64,000 bases of DNA from Candidatus Scatovivens faecipullorum (GCA_018715625.1 DVLG01000054.1:4160-68159); one strand, 5' to 3'. Positions 10,083 to 20,981 are shown, counted from the first letter of the stretch. Made by a program: numbers and translations. The notes: generated by a model not told the origin, from the sequence alone.

Positions 10083-10874
10083 TTATAAACTAATTATTGC
10101 TGTTGCAAGTTTAAAGTCTTTTCCCTCTGCTCTATATGAAGAAATCTTATTACTATTACATACACTACATATATCAGAATCTATAATATTTTCTTTTCTT
10201 ATACCTAGTCCTGTTAACAAAATTTTGTTAATTAAAACTGTATCTATCATATATTTTTGAACACCATCAACTATGTTTCCTTTTTCTATAAATTCATTAG
10301 TTCTTTCTGTAAATTTAAAAATATTTTCACATAAAGTTTTTACATCTTCTTCAACTTCAAAATGGCATTTACGTATGCTTGGACAAATACAACATATTAT
10401 ATCTTTTGGATTGCATTTATAATAATTTATCATTTTTATTACACATTTTTCTGAAATTTTTTGAAAAGTACCTCTCCAACCAGAATGAATATTTGCAATT
10501 ACTTTTTTTACAGGATCGTAAAACATAAATAAAATACAATCTGCATTTGTTGTAGTAATTGCAATATTAGGCTTGTCAGTAATTAAGCCATCTATATTCT
10601 CTAATTTTTCTTTACTTACCAACTGATCAATACACTTTACATTTGATGTATGTTTTTGTATAGGTTTCATCAATGTTTTTACATCTAATCCAAGAGCAGT
10701 AAAAACTTTTTTATAACTTATTTCCATTTCAGGAGCGGAGCTACGGAAATTAAGATTTTCTCCTTTTAAAGTATAAGCATGCTTTATTCCATATTCTAAT
10801 AGTCTCTTAAACTGTATATATTCTATACCATTTTTATTATTATATAAAATTTTTTCATTATTAAAAATATCCAA
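10083..10874 (-). CDS. pgeF: Peptidoglycan editing factor PgeF / YlmD (laccase-domain, YfiH family)
   Basis: KHT.NV...ADC.P...D...IHSGWRG...CPSI..CHFEV pattern. TTG start with a GGTGG RBS. Confidence 0.75.
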   Translation of the reverse strand: MDIFNNEKILYNNKNGIEYIQFKRLLEYGIKHAYTLKGENLNFRSSAPEMEISYKKVFTALGLDVKTLMKPIQKHTSNVKCIDQLVSKEKLENIDGLITDKPNIAITTTNADCILFMFYDPVKKVIANIHSGWRGTFQKISEKCVIKMINYYKCNPKDIICCICPSIRKCHFEVEEDVKTLCENIFKFTERTNEFIEKGNIVDGVQKYMIDTVLINKILLTGLGIRKENIIDSDICSVCNSNKISSYRAEGKDFKLATAIISL

Positions 10875-10893
10875 AACTATACCACCTTTATTC

Positions 10894-11985
10894 TTATTTT
10901 ATATAAACTCTCGGAACTCTGTCTGAAATTGTACTTATAATTTCATAATTAATAGTATTGCAGATTTTAGCTATTTCATCAACTGTAATTATCTCATTAT
11001 CCCAAATATATACATCATCTCCAACTTTTACATTTTCTATATCTGTAACATCCACCATAAAACTATCCATACAAATTTTTCCTATAATTTTAGCTTTTTG
11101 AGTATTTATTATAACTTCTCCTGTATTTGAAAGAGCTCTTTTTAGACCATCTGCATATCCAATTGGAACAGTTGCTATTTTAGTTCTTCTATTAGTTATA
11201 AAACTTCTCGAATAACCTATCGAAATTCCTTTTTCTACTTCTTTTAAAAAAGTAATCTTAGATTTTAATTTAGATACAGGTTTTAAATCAATTTTTCCAT
11301 TTATATCATCACAAGATTTATATCCATATAAAATCATCCCTGGTCTTACTAAATTATAATAGGCTTTTGAGAAATTTAAAATTCCATTTGATGCTGAAGC
11401 ATGTATATATTTCAAATTATTCAAATTTTCTTTAGCAACAGAAATTGCTTTTTCAAATCCTTCTATTTGCTTATTTGTATAATCAAAATCGCAATCTGCT
11501 GATGAAAGATGTGTATATATTCCCTCTATAATTATATTTTTATATTTTTTTATCTTTTCAATATATTCTTTAGTTCTTAATGGATTTATTCCTGTTCTTC
11601 CCATTCCAGTTCCAATTTCTATATGGACAAAAACTTCTTTTCCTGTTTTTCCCAGTTCTTCTACAAATGAATCTGAACTTATTCCTATTGAAATATTATA
11701 TTTTATAATTTTGCTAATTTCATCTTTATATGGTTGGTTAAGCACAAAAATTTCTTTAGTATAACCTTGTTTTCTAAGTTCTACTGCTTCATCAACTATT
11801 GCAACAGCAACTATGTCAAATTTATTTAAGACTTCATTTACTTTATTTATATAAGTTCCATAAGCATTAGCTTTTATAACAGGCATTATATTTACATCTA
11901 TTCCAATTTTTTCTTTAATTTGTGATACATTATATTCAAAGTTTTTTAAATTAATTTCCATAACAGTAGGTCTTGTAATATCCAT
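10894..11985 (-). CDS. alr: Alanine racemase
   Basis: 363 aa with the PLP-lysine motif MPVIKANAYG and a C-terminal beta domain (PIGYADG, CMD). Confidence 0.85.
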   Translation of the reverse strand: MDITRPTVMEINLKNFEYNVSQIKEKIGIDVNIMPVIKANAYGTYINKVNEVLNKFDIVAVAIVDEAVELRKQGYTKEIFVLNQPYKDEISKIIKYNISIGISSDSFVEELGKTGKEVFVHIEIGTGMGRTGINPLRTKEYIEKIKKYKNIIIEGIYTHLSSADCDFDYTNKQIEGFEKAISVAKENLNNLKYIHASASNGILNFSKAYYNLVRPGMILYGYKSCDDINGKIDLKPVSKLKSKITFLKEVEKGISIGYSRSFITNRRTKIATVPIGYADGLKRALSNTGEVIINTQKAKIIGKICMDSFMVDVTDIENVKVGDDVYIWDNEIITVDEIAKICNTINYEIISTISDRVPRVYIK

Positions 11986-12000
11986 AAAAATTCCTTTCTA

Positions 12001-15000
12001 TTATATGTAATTATATTCATTTCCTTTAATATTTGTATTAAACATACAAATAGTTTTATATTTACAATAATCACAACCTGTTTTTCCATTATAATAATAA
12101 GGTTTAATATCTATTTTTCCTTTTAAGATTTCTTTTGAAATCTCTTTTATTATCTCTTTAACTTTAACTTGGAGTTTATTAAAATCATCTCTACTAATTA
12201 CACTTGATTTTTTTTCTGAAATTGTACCATCTTTATTAATATATACAGGAACAATATCAGAAGAGCCAGTTTGTAATTTATTATCCATCATTTTTATAAC
12301 ACTCACATCAGCTAAAATTAAACCTTTCATCCTAAAATTGTTTCTAATTTTATTTTCAATTTCTTCTTCTGTTAAATTTTTAGCATCTTTTACTACATTA
12401 TAAATAAGTCCCATATACAATATTCCACTTGGTTCAAAAGAAGTTTGCTCTCCTATTGCATCTAAATATGTAATAAGTTGTATTTGAATACCTGATAAGA
12501 CTTGATTTAAATCTAAATCTTTACTTGAAGACTTATAATCTATTATTCTTACATATTGTTTATCAGATAGTTTAGCAATATCTACTCTATCAATCTTACC
12601 AGTAATTTCAACTTTCTTATTTTCTATTTCTAATTTTATGTTTTTATATTCTCCTGTATTACTAAATTCTACTTCATGTCCTAAAATTTTAAAGTCACTA
12701 TATTTTAAAGAATAGACTATATAACAAATAGATTTATAAACTACTTTTTTTAATCTTCTAGTTAATAATCTATATTTTGCAGAACTAGAAAAAATATAGT
12801 ACTTAGAAGTCTCAAGTAACTCTCGTATTATGTCACTTACTATTTTTAAGATTTCTTCATCTGTTACTTCTTTTAAATTCAAATTATTTTCATCAAGACT
12901 TTTAAAAAACAAGTCAATTACTTCATGCATAAATGAACCTGTATCGATTGCTTCCATTTTTAATTGATCTTTTTCCTTCAATTTCAAACCATAAGTTAAG
13001 TGAAAAGAAAAAGGGCATTTTCTATAAGTTTCTAATCTTGAAACGCTTGTTTTTAAATAATTGCCATACAAATTTTCTACATTTTCTGAATTAATATCTT
13101 CCGCTTTATTTGAATAATATATACCAGAAATTGCTTTTTTAAATTTATTTTTATTTTCTAAATAGAAATATCTAATAATATCTTCCCACTCTTTTTGAAT
13201 TTCGTTTCCTTCTAAATATTCTTTATAAATATTCATAGCCTCGTCAAAAGTTCCCATTTCATTTGTTATACTGTGTTTTCTTTTAATTATATCGCTTTCT
13301 TCTTCCAGTTTTGGAAACATTTTTTTTATTTTTTTTATTAATATTGACGGTCTAATAGATACCCCCTGTTTATCTGACGAAGAATAAGAAAGAAATAATA
13401 ACTCTTCAGGAGTCGTTAAAGTTCTATAAATATTAAATTGTTCTTCATATAAACTATCCATTGAAGTTTTTGCAAGTTCTATTCCAGCATTTTTTAAAAG
13501 TTCTCTATCATTATCATTTAAAAAACCTTCTTCTTTATTTACTTTAGGAAAACTTCCGTCATTTATACCAACTACAAATAAAACTTTTAATTTATTACTT
13601 CTTGTTCTTTCTGTATCCCCGAATATAACTTGGTCTTGAGTTGCTGGAATTTTTCCAAGTTCTGATGAGCTAAGTCCTACTTGTAATAAATCTTTATATT
13701 TATCAAAACTCATTTTTTCGTCTTTAAAAATCAAACATATATCTTCTAATATTCCAACTAATAATTTATAACTTGTATTATATTCATCAGAAATATCCTG
13801 TTCATTATATTTTTTTAATTTTTTATCTAAAATTTCATTTATATTATTTTGAATTAAAAAATTGTAAATTTCTTTAGATATTTGAATCGCTGTTTTATTA
13901 TTAGACACTCTTCTTTTAAATTCTAACAAAGGTTCAACAATTTTATTTCTCAAATTTTCCAATCTTTCTTGTAGTTCATTTATTGTTTCATAATTAAATG
14001 AACTATTATACCATTTACTACCTTTTATTCCCCACTTCTGACAATAATTTTCTAATAAATAAATATCTTCTCTTCCTATTTCTAATAATCCTGTTTTTAA
14101 ATAATTAAAAACTGATTCATAAGACCAATTATTAGAAAAAATCTCTAGCATTGCTAGAATAAATTTTACTAAAATATTTTGATTTAACTCTTTTTTTTCA
14201 TCTATAAATAATGGTATTTCAAATTTTCTAAATATAGCTTTAGCATCTTCTGAATATTTTTCTAAATCTTCTGCAATAATTCCAATTTCATTGTAATTAT
14301 ATCCACTATTTTTAACCAAACTGTGAATATGTATTGCAACATTTTCAATTTCAGTATATGGATTATTTGCTAAAAATAATTTTATATTATTTACTTTATT
14401 TTCATATTTTTTATTTATTTGATCAAAATTTTCTTCTAAAAATTTTATTTCTTCATTTTTGAATCTTAAATTATCTTTTAAGAATTTTATTTCAATTTCT
14501 GAATTATATTTTTTAGCTATATCTATTAATTTATTCGTATAAAGTTTATTAAAATAAAAAATATCTGTTTCTTTATTTGTATTCTTCTCTAACTCATCAA
14601 TTGGTATAGCAACAGTTACGCTACTTGCTTTTTGTAATAATTTTTCAAATATATTGTATTCTTGCTTAGTAAAACCTAAAAACTCATCTATATAAATAAG
14701 AGAGTTATTAAACATATCCGTTTTATCTAAATTTTTTGCAAGTATTGATAAACTGTCATTTTCGTCTAGAAAATTACTACTAATTTTTTCTTCATATTTT
14801 TCATATAAAGTAATAATATCTTTTAATTTTAAATTTGTGTATTCCTCTTTAGTTTTTATATCTATTAATTTTTGAATACTTATTTCATGTTTTTTTAATT
14901 CTGTAAACATTCTGTTTACTATATCAATATTTTTTTCAGTTTTTCCTAAAAATTTTAAATTGCTTTTTTCAGTAGATAATATATCAAAAATAAGCATATC

Positions 15001-15261
15001 TTTTCCAGCCTCAGAAAGATGATTTAAATTACCACCAATCTCTGAGGCTACACGATATGCCATTCTACTTAATGTTAATACTTCTACATCTATAAGGCTA
15101 TTTCTATCTGAATTTTCAAACAATTTTCTTTCAGCTGAAAGGTTTGCCTGTTCTGGAACAATAAGAAATATCTTTTTCTCCCCTATTTGTTTAGATATAG
15201 AACTATATATATATTTACTTTTTCCTACTCCACTTCTTCCTAAAATTAAATTTAATCTCAT
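12001..15261 (-). CDS. addB: ATP-dependent helicase/nuclease subunit B (AddB/RexB)
   Basis: 1086 aa. N-terminal Walker A GRSGVGKS. C-terminal PD-(D/E)XK nuclease region with Fe-S cysteines (CPFSF ... CDYCKYKTIC). Confidence 0.8.
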   Translation of the reverse strand: MRLNLILGRSGVGKSKYIYSSISKQIGEKKIFLIVPEQANLSAERKLFENSDRNSLIDVEVLTLSRMAYRVASEIGGNLNHLSEAGKDMLIFDILSTEKSNLKFLGKTEKNIDIVNRMFTELKKHEISIQKLIDIKTKEEYTNLKLKDIITLYEKYEEKISSNFLDENDSLSILAKNLDKTDMFNNSLIYIDEFLGFTKQEYNIFEKLLQKASSVTVAIPIDELEKNTNKETDIFYFNKLYTNKLIDIAKKYNSEIEIKFLKDNLRFKNEEIKFLEENFDQINKKYENKVNNIKLFLANNPYTEIENVAIHIHSLVKNSGYNYNEIGIIAEDLEKYSEDAKAIFRKFEIPLFIDEKKELNQNILVKFILAMLEIFSNNWSYESVFNYLKTGLLEIGREDIYLLENYCQKWGIKGSKWYNSSFNYETINELQERLENLRNKIVEPLLEFKRRVSNNKTAIQISKEIYNFLIQNNINEILDKKLKKYNEQDISDEYNTSYKLLVGILEDICLIFKDEKMSFDKYKDLLQVGLSSSELGKIPATQDQVIFGDTERTRSNKLKVLFVVGINDGSFPKVNKEEGFLNDNDRELLKNAGIELAKTSMDSLYEEQFNIYRTLTTPEELLFLSYSSSDKQGVSIRPSILIKKIKKMFPKLEEESDIIKRKHSITNEMGTFDEAMNIYKEYLEGNEIQKEWEDIIRYFYLENKNKFKKAISGIYYSNKAEDINSENVENLYGNYLKTSVSRLETYRKCPFSFHLTYGLKLKEKDQLKMEAIDTGSFMHEVIDLFFKSLDENNLNLKEVTDEEILKIVSDIIRELLETSKYYIFSSSAKYRLLTRRLKKVVYKSICYIVYSLKYSDFKILGHEVEFSNTGEYKNIKLEIENKKVEITGKIDRVDIAKLSDKQYVRIIDYKSSSKDLDLNQVLSGIQIQLITYLDAIGEQTSFEPSGILYMGLIYNVVKDAKNLTEEEIENKIRNNFRMKGLILADVSVIKMMDNKLQTGSSDIVPVYINKDGTISEKKSSVISRDDFNKLQVKVKEIIKEISKEILKGKIDIKPYYYNGKTGCDYCKYKTICMFNTNIKGNEYNYI

Positions 15262-15274
15262 TTACATTTTCCTT

Positions 15275-16516
15275 TTAATTATAATAATCTAATACACTTA
15301 ATTTAGGATATTCAAAATCTGCTTCTCCTACAATATTTCCATCTTCAAAATGATCTTCAAAAAATTTATTGGCTCCTTTTAAAAAGTATTGATATTTTAT
15401 GCTATCACTAATTATTCCACTTCCTATTATTACTGGATCATCCCAAGTTACATCAATAGCATACCATTGCCCATTTTCTAATTGAACATAATTCCAAGCA
15501 TGTGTTTCTGTAACTCCTGCACTATTCTTAGCTAAACCACAAGCAATTACAGTTGGAATTTCTAAGTCATCTAAAATATACTTAAAAGCTCTTGCATATC
15601 CTTCACAAACAGCTCTTTTATCTATTAATGTTCCGTATATATTATATATATTACTTCCTGCTTCTAAGTCATATTCTACAGTATCTACTAAATAATCATG
15701 AACTATCTTTATTTGTTCTACTCTATCTTTACCTGTTGTTTTACTAATAATATTATTTTTTATATCCTCTACATATCCTAAAGCTATATCAACATACTCT
15801 TCATCCCAAAAACCATCTGCTAAATAGCTTTGTCCATTTCCTCCAATTTTTACTCTATATGTAGTAGAAAAAGCTCTTGTTGTAATTTCTGTTAATAAGT
15901 TTATTTTTGTTACATCTATATAGAATAAATCTGTATTATCAAAAGTTAATGCATTTATTGCAAGTTGAAAAGAATTATTTAGTACTTCTGTTCCATTTTC
16001 TTCATGTAATAAATCATTAAATTCTGTTCCAAAATCTGCTTCATAAGTACCTGTTTTTAATTTATCTATATTTTCATATAATCTATCGTATATTATTTTA
16101 CCATATTCATCTAATTGTTCATAATAAAAATTATTTACATTTACAGTTTGACTTGATTGATAATTATTTAAATTTTGCTCTTCTTGTAACCTTTCAAGTT
16201 CTTCTAATGGATCTTTATAATCATCTGCCGAAACTTCTTCTGTTTCAGTAACATTTTCAATAATAAAATTATTATCATTAACTTTATCTTTATCTTTATC
16301 TTTGGAATTAAAATCATCTTGAATTATATCATCAGTTAAGTTTTCTCCTGCAGCAATAACCTCTATCTGAGAATAAAGTAATGAAGCTAGACTGTATTTT
16401 TCTGGTACATGTATAACACCAAATACATCTAGTGCAAAAAAAACAGTTCCACCAAATATAATAATTATTAAAAATATTAAAATAAAGGTTATAAAGTTTT
16501 CTATAAATCTTCTCAT
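15275..16516 (-). CDS. Membrane-anchored transglutaminase-like (Cys-His-Asp) domain protein
   Basis: N-terminal TM. Core RAVCEGYARAFKYI ... THAWNYVQLENGQWYAIDVTWDD. Confidence 0.7.
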   Translation of the reverse strand: MRRFIENFITFILIFLIIIIFGGTVFFALDVFGVIHVPEKYSLASLLYSQIEVIAAGENLTDDIIQDDFNSKDKDKDKVNDNNFIIENVTETEEVSADDYKDPLEELERLQEEQNLNNYQSSQTVNVNNFYYEQLDEYGKIIYDRLYENIDKLKTGTYEADFGTEFNDLLHEENGTEVLNNSFQLAINALTFDNTDLFYIDVTKINLLTEITTRAFSTTYRVKIGGNGQSYLADGFWDEEYVDIALGYVEDIKNNIISKTTGKDRVEQIKIVHDYLVDTVEYDLEAGSNIYNIYGTLIDKRAVCEGYARAFKYILDDLEIPTVIACGLAKNSAGVTETHAWNYVQLENGQWYAIDVTWDDPVIIGSGIISDSIKYQYFLKGANKFFEDHFEDGNIVGEADFEYPKLSVLDYYN

Positions 16517-16526
16517 AACTTATCTC

Positions 16527-17399
16527 CTAAGCACTTTTTCCTTCTTCTCTTTTCCAATAGAATAAATATTGTTGAGCAATCCCTTGCAAGCTTCCAAATT
16601 TATCTTCTGCCAATTTTTGCAATTCCTTTTTATTTACTTTTTCTTCATTTATATTATGGATATATAAATCGTTCATAACTCTTCTTACCCATACATCAAT
16701 AGGAAAAACATCTATTCTTTTTAGTGCAAAAAGTAAAATACAATCAGCAACTTTTGGACCTACTCCATCAAGTTTTAATAGTTCATTTCTCATTTTTTCA
16801 GTATCATCCATACTTTTAATAGAGTTTAAATTTACTTCATTTTCTATAATCATCTTAGTTGTATTATAAATTCTCTTATCTCTAAATCCTAATCCTAAAT
16901 TTCTTAAATCTTCTACACTCGCTTTTGATAATTCTTCTGGTGTAGGAAAAAAATAATATGTATTTCCATTAAATTCAATTTTTTTCCCATATTCTTTTGA
17001 TAATTTCTCAATTATCTTTTTTATTCTTGGTATATTATTATTTGCAGAAATGATAAAAGAAATTATACATTCCCATAAATCTTGTCTTAAAATTCTTATT
17101 CCAGAACCAAATTTTATACTTTCTTTTAAATAGTTGTCTATATTTGATAGTATTTTTTTATATTCAGTATAATTAGTATCTAAATCAAAATAATATCTTA
17201 TAATCTCTTTTAAATTTCCATTAATAGTACTTCCTGTAAAAATAAATTTACCATTTTCTTCTTTTACATTTATTACAGCATCTTTAATTACTCCAATATA
17301 AGAATTATCTTCTAATTTATTCCATCTAAAACATTGTCCACATTCAAATATATGTTTTAAATTAAAAGATTCTTGTTTTTCTAATATATATTTTTCCAT
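16527..17399 (-). CDS. ogg: 8-oxoguanine DNA glycosylase/AP lyase (HhH-GPD, clostridial Ogg type)
   Basis: The HhH-GPD motif LKLDGVGPKVADCILLFAL and a downstream VD.W. I prefer the ATG at 17399 (RBS AAGGAAG 8 nt upstream) over the TTG at 17405. Confidence 0.75.
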   Translation of the reverse strand: MEKYILEKQESFNLKHIFECGQCFRWNKLEDNSYIGVIKDAVINVKEENGKFIFTGSTINGNLKEIIRYYFDLDTNYTEYKKILSNIDNYLKESIKFGSGIRILRQDLWECIISFIISANNNIPRIKKIIEKLSKEYGKKIEFNGNTYYFFPTPEELSKASVEDLRNLGLGFRDKRIYNTTKMIIENEVNLNSIKSMDDTEKMRNELLKLDGVGPKVADCILLFALKRIDVFPIDVWVRRVMNDLYIHNINEEKVNKKELQKLAEDKFGSLQGIAQQYLFYWKREEGKSA

Positions 17400-17564
17400 A
17401 TACAACTTCCTTAATATAAATCTACTATTTTATTTTATTATACTTTATATAAATAATCAATAGAAAAATAAACCTTAAGCTAGTATCTAAATAAATACAT
17501 TGCACAGTATTTATTTGAATACATGATAAAATTATGTTAAATAATATTATAAGAGGTATCAAAA

Positions 17565-17792
17565 ATGTATTTAAAACGTTTAAAAGATTTAAGAGAAGAT
17601 CATGACTTATCTCAAGAATATATTTCAAAAATATTAAAAATTACCAGACCACAATATAGTTTATATGAAACAGGTAAACGTGATATTCCAGTTGATTTAT
17701 TAAGTGTTTTAGCTAAATTTTACGATACAAGCATTGATTATATTGTTGGAATCACTAATGTTTCAAAAAGGTATCCAGAAACAAAAAAATAA
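17565..17792 (+). CDS. XRE-family helix-turn-helix transcriptional regulator
   Basis: 75 aa with LSQEYISKILKITRPQYSLYETGKRDIP, a typical Cro/CI HTH. Confidence 0.8.
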   Translation: MYLKRLKDLREDHDLSQEYISKILKITRPQYSLYETGKRDIPVDLLSVLAKFYDTSIDYIVGITNVSKRYPETKK

Positions 17793-17828
17793 ATTTTACA
17801 AAAGTATTTAATTAATTTCTTAAATTAT

Positions 17829-17868
17829 AAAGTATTACATTAAGTTTAATGTAATACTTTATTTGTTT
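17829..17868 (+). terminator. Rho-independent terminator after the first XRE gene
   Basis: 14-bp stem AAAGTATTACATTA / TAATGTAATACTTT followed by a T-rich tract. Confidence 0.65.
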
Positions 17869-17977
17869 AGATTTTTTTATTTTTTTACTAACTCAAAATC
17901 CTATAAAAAAATACCTTATTGTCAAATCTCTTTTAAATAGATATAATTTAATTATTAGATTTAAAAGGGGTTTTTTT

Positions 17978-18199
17978 ATGTTATACAATCGTTTAAAAAA
18001 ATTAAGAAAAGAAAATAATTTAACACAAAAAGATATCTCTAAAATATTAGAAATATCTCAAAGCTTATATTCGCTTTATGAATCTGGTAAAAAAAATATT
18101 CCAATAACAATTTTTTCAAAATTAGCAAAAAAGTATAATACAAGTATTGATTTTCTAATCGGTGATACAGATACAAAAACACCATTTATAGAAAATTAA
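17978..18199 (+). CDS. XRE-family helix-turn-helix transcriptional regulator (paralog of 17565..17792)
   Basis: 73 aa with LTQKDISKILEISQSLYSLYESGKKNIP. By eye it is about half identical to the upstream XRE. Confidence 0.8.
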   Translation: MLYNRLKKLRKENNLTQKDISKILEISQSLYSLYESGKKNIPITIFSKLAKKYNTSIDFLIGDTDTKTPFIEN

Positions 18200-19035
18200 T
18201 TTTTAAAACCTAATCCGTACACTTCTCGTGCATCTGTTATTATTATGAAAGAATTCTTATCAATTCTTTTAGAAATATTTTTTATTTTTTCGATATAAAT
18301 TCTTTTAGTAACACACATAATAACCATTGTATTTTTTTTGCTATAACTACCTCTTGCATATAAGGCTGTTGCACCTTTATTAATTTCCGTATTTATTATT
18401 TTCATTATCTCATCATGCTTTTCTGAAATAATATAAATAATTTTACAAAAATTAATTCCTTCAAAAACAATATCAATCATCTTCCCTATTATTAATATTG
18501 TTATTGCTGAATATAATCCAATTTCAAATTCTTTAAAAACTATTAAATTTGAAATTACAACCAATGTATCTATAATAACTATTATTTTGCTCATTTTTAC
18601 ATTTACATTATAATTTTGAGCTATTTGAGCTATTAAATCTGTACCACCAGTTGAAGTATTTGCTTTAAATATAATTGCAAGGCCTATTCCTATAAAAAAT
18701 CCTCCATATAGGCTTGCAAGCAATCTATCTGTTGTAAAACCTCCAAAATTTTCTAAAATGTCTATAAATTTAGAATAAAGTAAAGTTGCAAAAATAGTTT
18801 TTAAAATAAATTTCATTCCAAATTTTTTATAACCAATAAAAAATAAAGGTATATTTAAGAACATAATCATATTTCCCATTGGAATATCAAATAAATAATA
18901 AGTAATAGTTGCAATACCTGCAAATCCACCACTAGATAATAAATTTGGTAAAAGAAAATTTGCTGTTCCAAAAGCAATAGATAAACATCCAACTATAAGC
19001 AAAATCATTTCATAAAAAAATTTAAAAACACTCAT
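18196..19035 (-). CDS. YitT-family membrane protein (with C-terminal DUF2179)
   Basis: Five or six TM helices, a GGTD motif, and a soluble C-terminal domain ending in ...ITDAREVYGLGF. Confidence 0.7.
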   Translation of the reverse strand: MSVFKFFYEMILLIVGCLSIAFGTANFLLPNLLSSGGFAGIATITYYLFDIPMGNMIMFLNIPLFFIGYKKFGMKFILKTIFATLLYSKFIDILENFGGFTTDRLLASLYGGFFIGIGLAIIFKANTSTGGTDLIAQIAQNYNVNVKMSKIIVIIDTLVVISNLIVFKEFEIGLYSAITILIIGKMIDIVFEGINFCKIIYIISEKHDEIMKIINTEINKGATALYARGSYSKKNTMVIMCVTKRIYIEKIKNISKRIDKNSFIIITDAREVYGLGFKN

Positions 19036-19068
19036 ACAAATAGTATCAGTGTTTCTATATTTTTTATA

Positions 19069-20148
19069 CTACTTTTTAGAAGTAACTTTCTCTTTATCAT
19101 CAATAAAATCTTTAAATTTTTTTGAAATTAATACACCTATTTTTTCTAATGGTTGTTTTATGTCTTGTACAACTACAACATCTACGTCATACATTTCTTT
19201 AAGTTTCAATATATTTTCACGTTTATATCCTATCACATTATTTACATTTTGTGGATTTACTATTATCTCAACTTCTTTAACCTTAGTATTAAATTTTTTT
19301 ATTTTCTCTACTATTGTATCATAGTAAATAGAAGATTCTACAAGTTGTCTAAAAGTATCATGGTATGGACCGGCAACAACTTCGCTTCCATTACTATTTG
19401 GAGAACAAATTGTATCAGTATTTTGAAGTCCAATTCTAATAACATTTATATTCTTTTCTCCAAAAATATAACATAATTCTTTAGATCTTTCCACAGCTTG
19501 ATTTAAAGTTAATGGTTCATATTTACCTTCTCTATATTCTTTTTCAAGTTCAGTTCCTCTAATGACTAAAACTGGATAAATTCTGACAATCTTTGGCTTT
19601 AATTTTATTAAGTCTTTTGCTGTATTTATATCATCTAATTCCGTACTTTCTGGAAGTCCTATCATCATTTGATGCCCTAAATTAAATCTATATCTTCTGA
19701 TTAATTTTGAAGCATTTACCACATCTTTAAATGTATGTCCTCTTTTACATCTTTGTAAAATATAATCGTTTGTAGATTGAACTCCCAGTTCTATTGTCTT
19801 AACTTTATATTTTCTTAATCTCCTCAATACCTTTTTATCTATATAATCTGGTCTTGTTGAAACACGGATTCCGTCAATTTTCTTTTCTTTAATATATTCG
19901 TAAACTGTAGATAATAGTTTTTCTTGTAAGTCTGAATCAATTCCTGTAAAACTACCTCCGTAAAAAGCAACTTCTTTATATGCATCTTTTTCCTTAAAGT
20001 TACTTAAATAAAATTCTATAGTATCTCTTACATCGTTTTCCGTTATGTTCTTTAACTGACCACTAATCTTTCTTTGATTACAAAAAGTACAATCATTTGG
20101 ACATCCTAAATGTGGTACAAAAATTGGAATTATATACTGTTTTTTCAT
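19069..20148 (-). CDS. Radical SAM protein (ELP3/coproporphyrinogen oxidase-like fold)
   Basis: CPNDCTFC (CX3CX2C) near the N-terminus. 359 aa. Confidence 0.7.
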   Translation of the reverse strand: MKKQYIIPIFVPHLGCPNDCTFCNQRKISGQLKNITENDVRDTIEFYLSNFKEKDAYKEVAFYGGSFTGIDSDLQEKLLSTVYEYIKEKKIDGIRVSTRPDYIDKKVLRRLRKYKVKTIELGVQSTNDYILQRCKRGHTFKDVVNASKLIRRYRFNLGHQMMIGLPESTELDDINTAKDLIKLKPKIVRIYPVLVIRGTELEKEYREGKYEPLTLNQAVERSKELCYIFGEKNINVIRIGLQNTDTICSPNSNGSEVVAGPYHDTFRQLVESSIYYDTIVEKIKKFNTKVKEVEIIVNPQNVNNVIGYKRENILKLKEMYDVDVVVVQDIKQPLEKIGVLISKKFKDFIDDKEKVTSKK

Positions 20149-20158
20149 TTTACACCTC

Positions 20159-20839
20159 CTAACTTAATAATTCTATTGCTTTTCTTGCTGCCTCCATTTC
20201 AGCTCCTTTTTTACTTCTACCTGTTCCACTTGCAAGCTTTTTTCCGTCACATTCAACCTCTGCAGTAAAAGTCTTGTTATGATCAGGTCCGGATTCATTT
20301 ATTATATTATATCTAATATTTACTTCACCATTTTCTTGAAGTTTTTCTTGAAGTACGGTTTTATAATCTTTTACCCCGACATTTTTACTTGCATATTCAA
20401 CTGCATCTTTTATATTTTCTAAAATAAAATTTTGAACTATTTTAATATCATTAGAATCTAAATAAATTGCTGCAATTACTGCTTCAACACAATCTGCAAG
20501 TATAGCTTTTTTATCTGTTTTTGTTGATTTTTCACTTTTACCTAAATATAAGAAATCACTAAAATTATGCTTTACTGCTATTTCATATAAGCTATTTTCA
20601 CATACTGCATAAGCTCTAACTTTAGTCATTTCTCCTTCAGATAATTCTTGAAAGTTTTCAAATAAATATTTACTACTTATAAATTCTAAAATACTATCAC
20701 CTAAATATTCTAATCGTTCATAACTTTTAGTTTTATTTTCATAAGCATAAGAAGTATGTGTTAATGCAGTTTTTAATAAATTTAAGTTTTTAAATTCATA
20801 TCCTATGTTTTGTTCAAATTTTTTCAAACTTATATCCAC
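20159..20839 (-). CDS. rnc: Ribonuclease III
   Basis: The signature ERLEYLGDSILE plus a C-terminal dsRBD (GPDHNKTF...GRSKKGAEMEAA). GTG start with an AGGAGG RBS. Confidence 0.9.
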   Translation of the reverse strand: MDISLKKFEQNIGYEFKNLNLLKTALTHTSYAYENKTKSYERLEYLGDSILEFISSKYLFENFQELSEGEMTKVRAYAVCENSLYEIAVKHNFSDFLYLGKSEKSTKTDKKAILADCVEAVIAAIYLDSNDIKIVQNFILENIKDAVEYASKNVGVKDYKTVLQEKLQENGEVNIRYNIINESGPDHNKTFTAEVECDGKKLASGTGRSKKGAEMEAARKAIELLS

Positions 20840-20981
20840 CAGTTATTTACCTCCTTTTTAATGTCTATATTCTATATTGTTTTGATATTATTTACAAGTC
20901 TTTTAAATAAAAAAATATATAAATGATATGTTATTGTAAAAAAAAAGAAAGGCATAATACCTTTCAGTTTTATTTTATAAG

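Noticed and set aside
17425-17628. 67 aa minus-strand ORF between ogg and the first XRE gene.
   Set aside because: It overlaps the XRE start and promoter region, has a hydrophobic low-complexity translation, and has no RBS.
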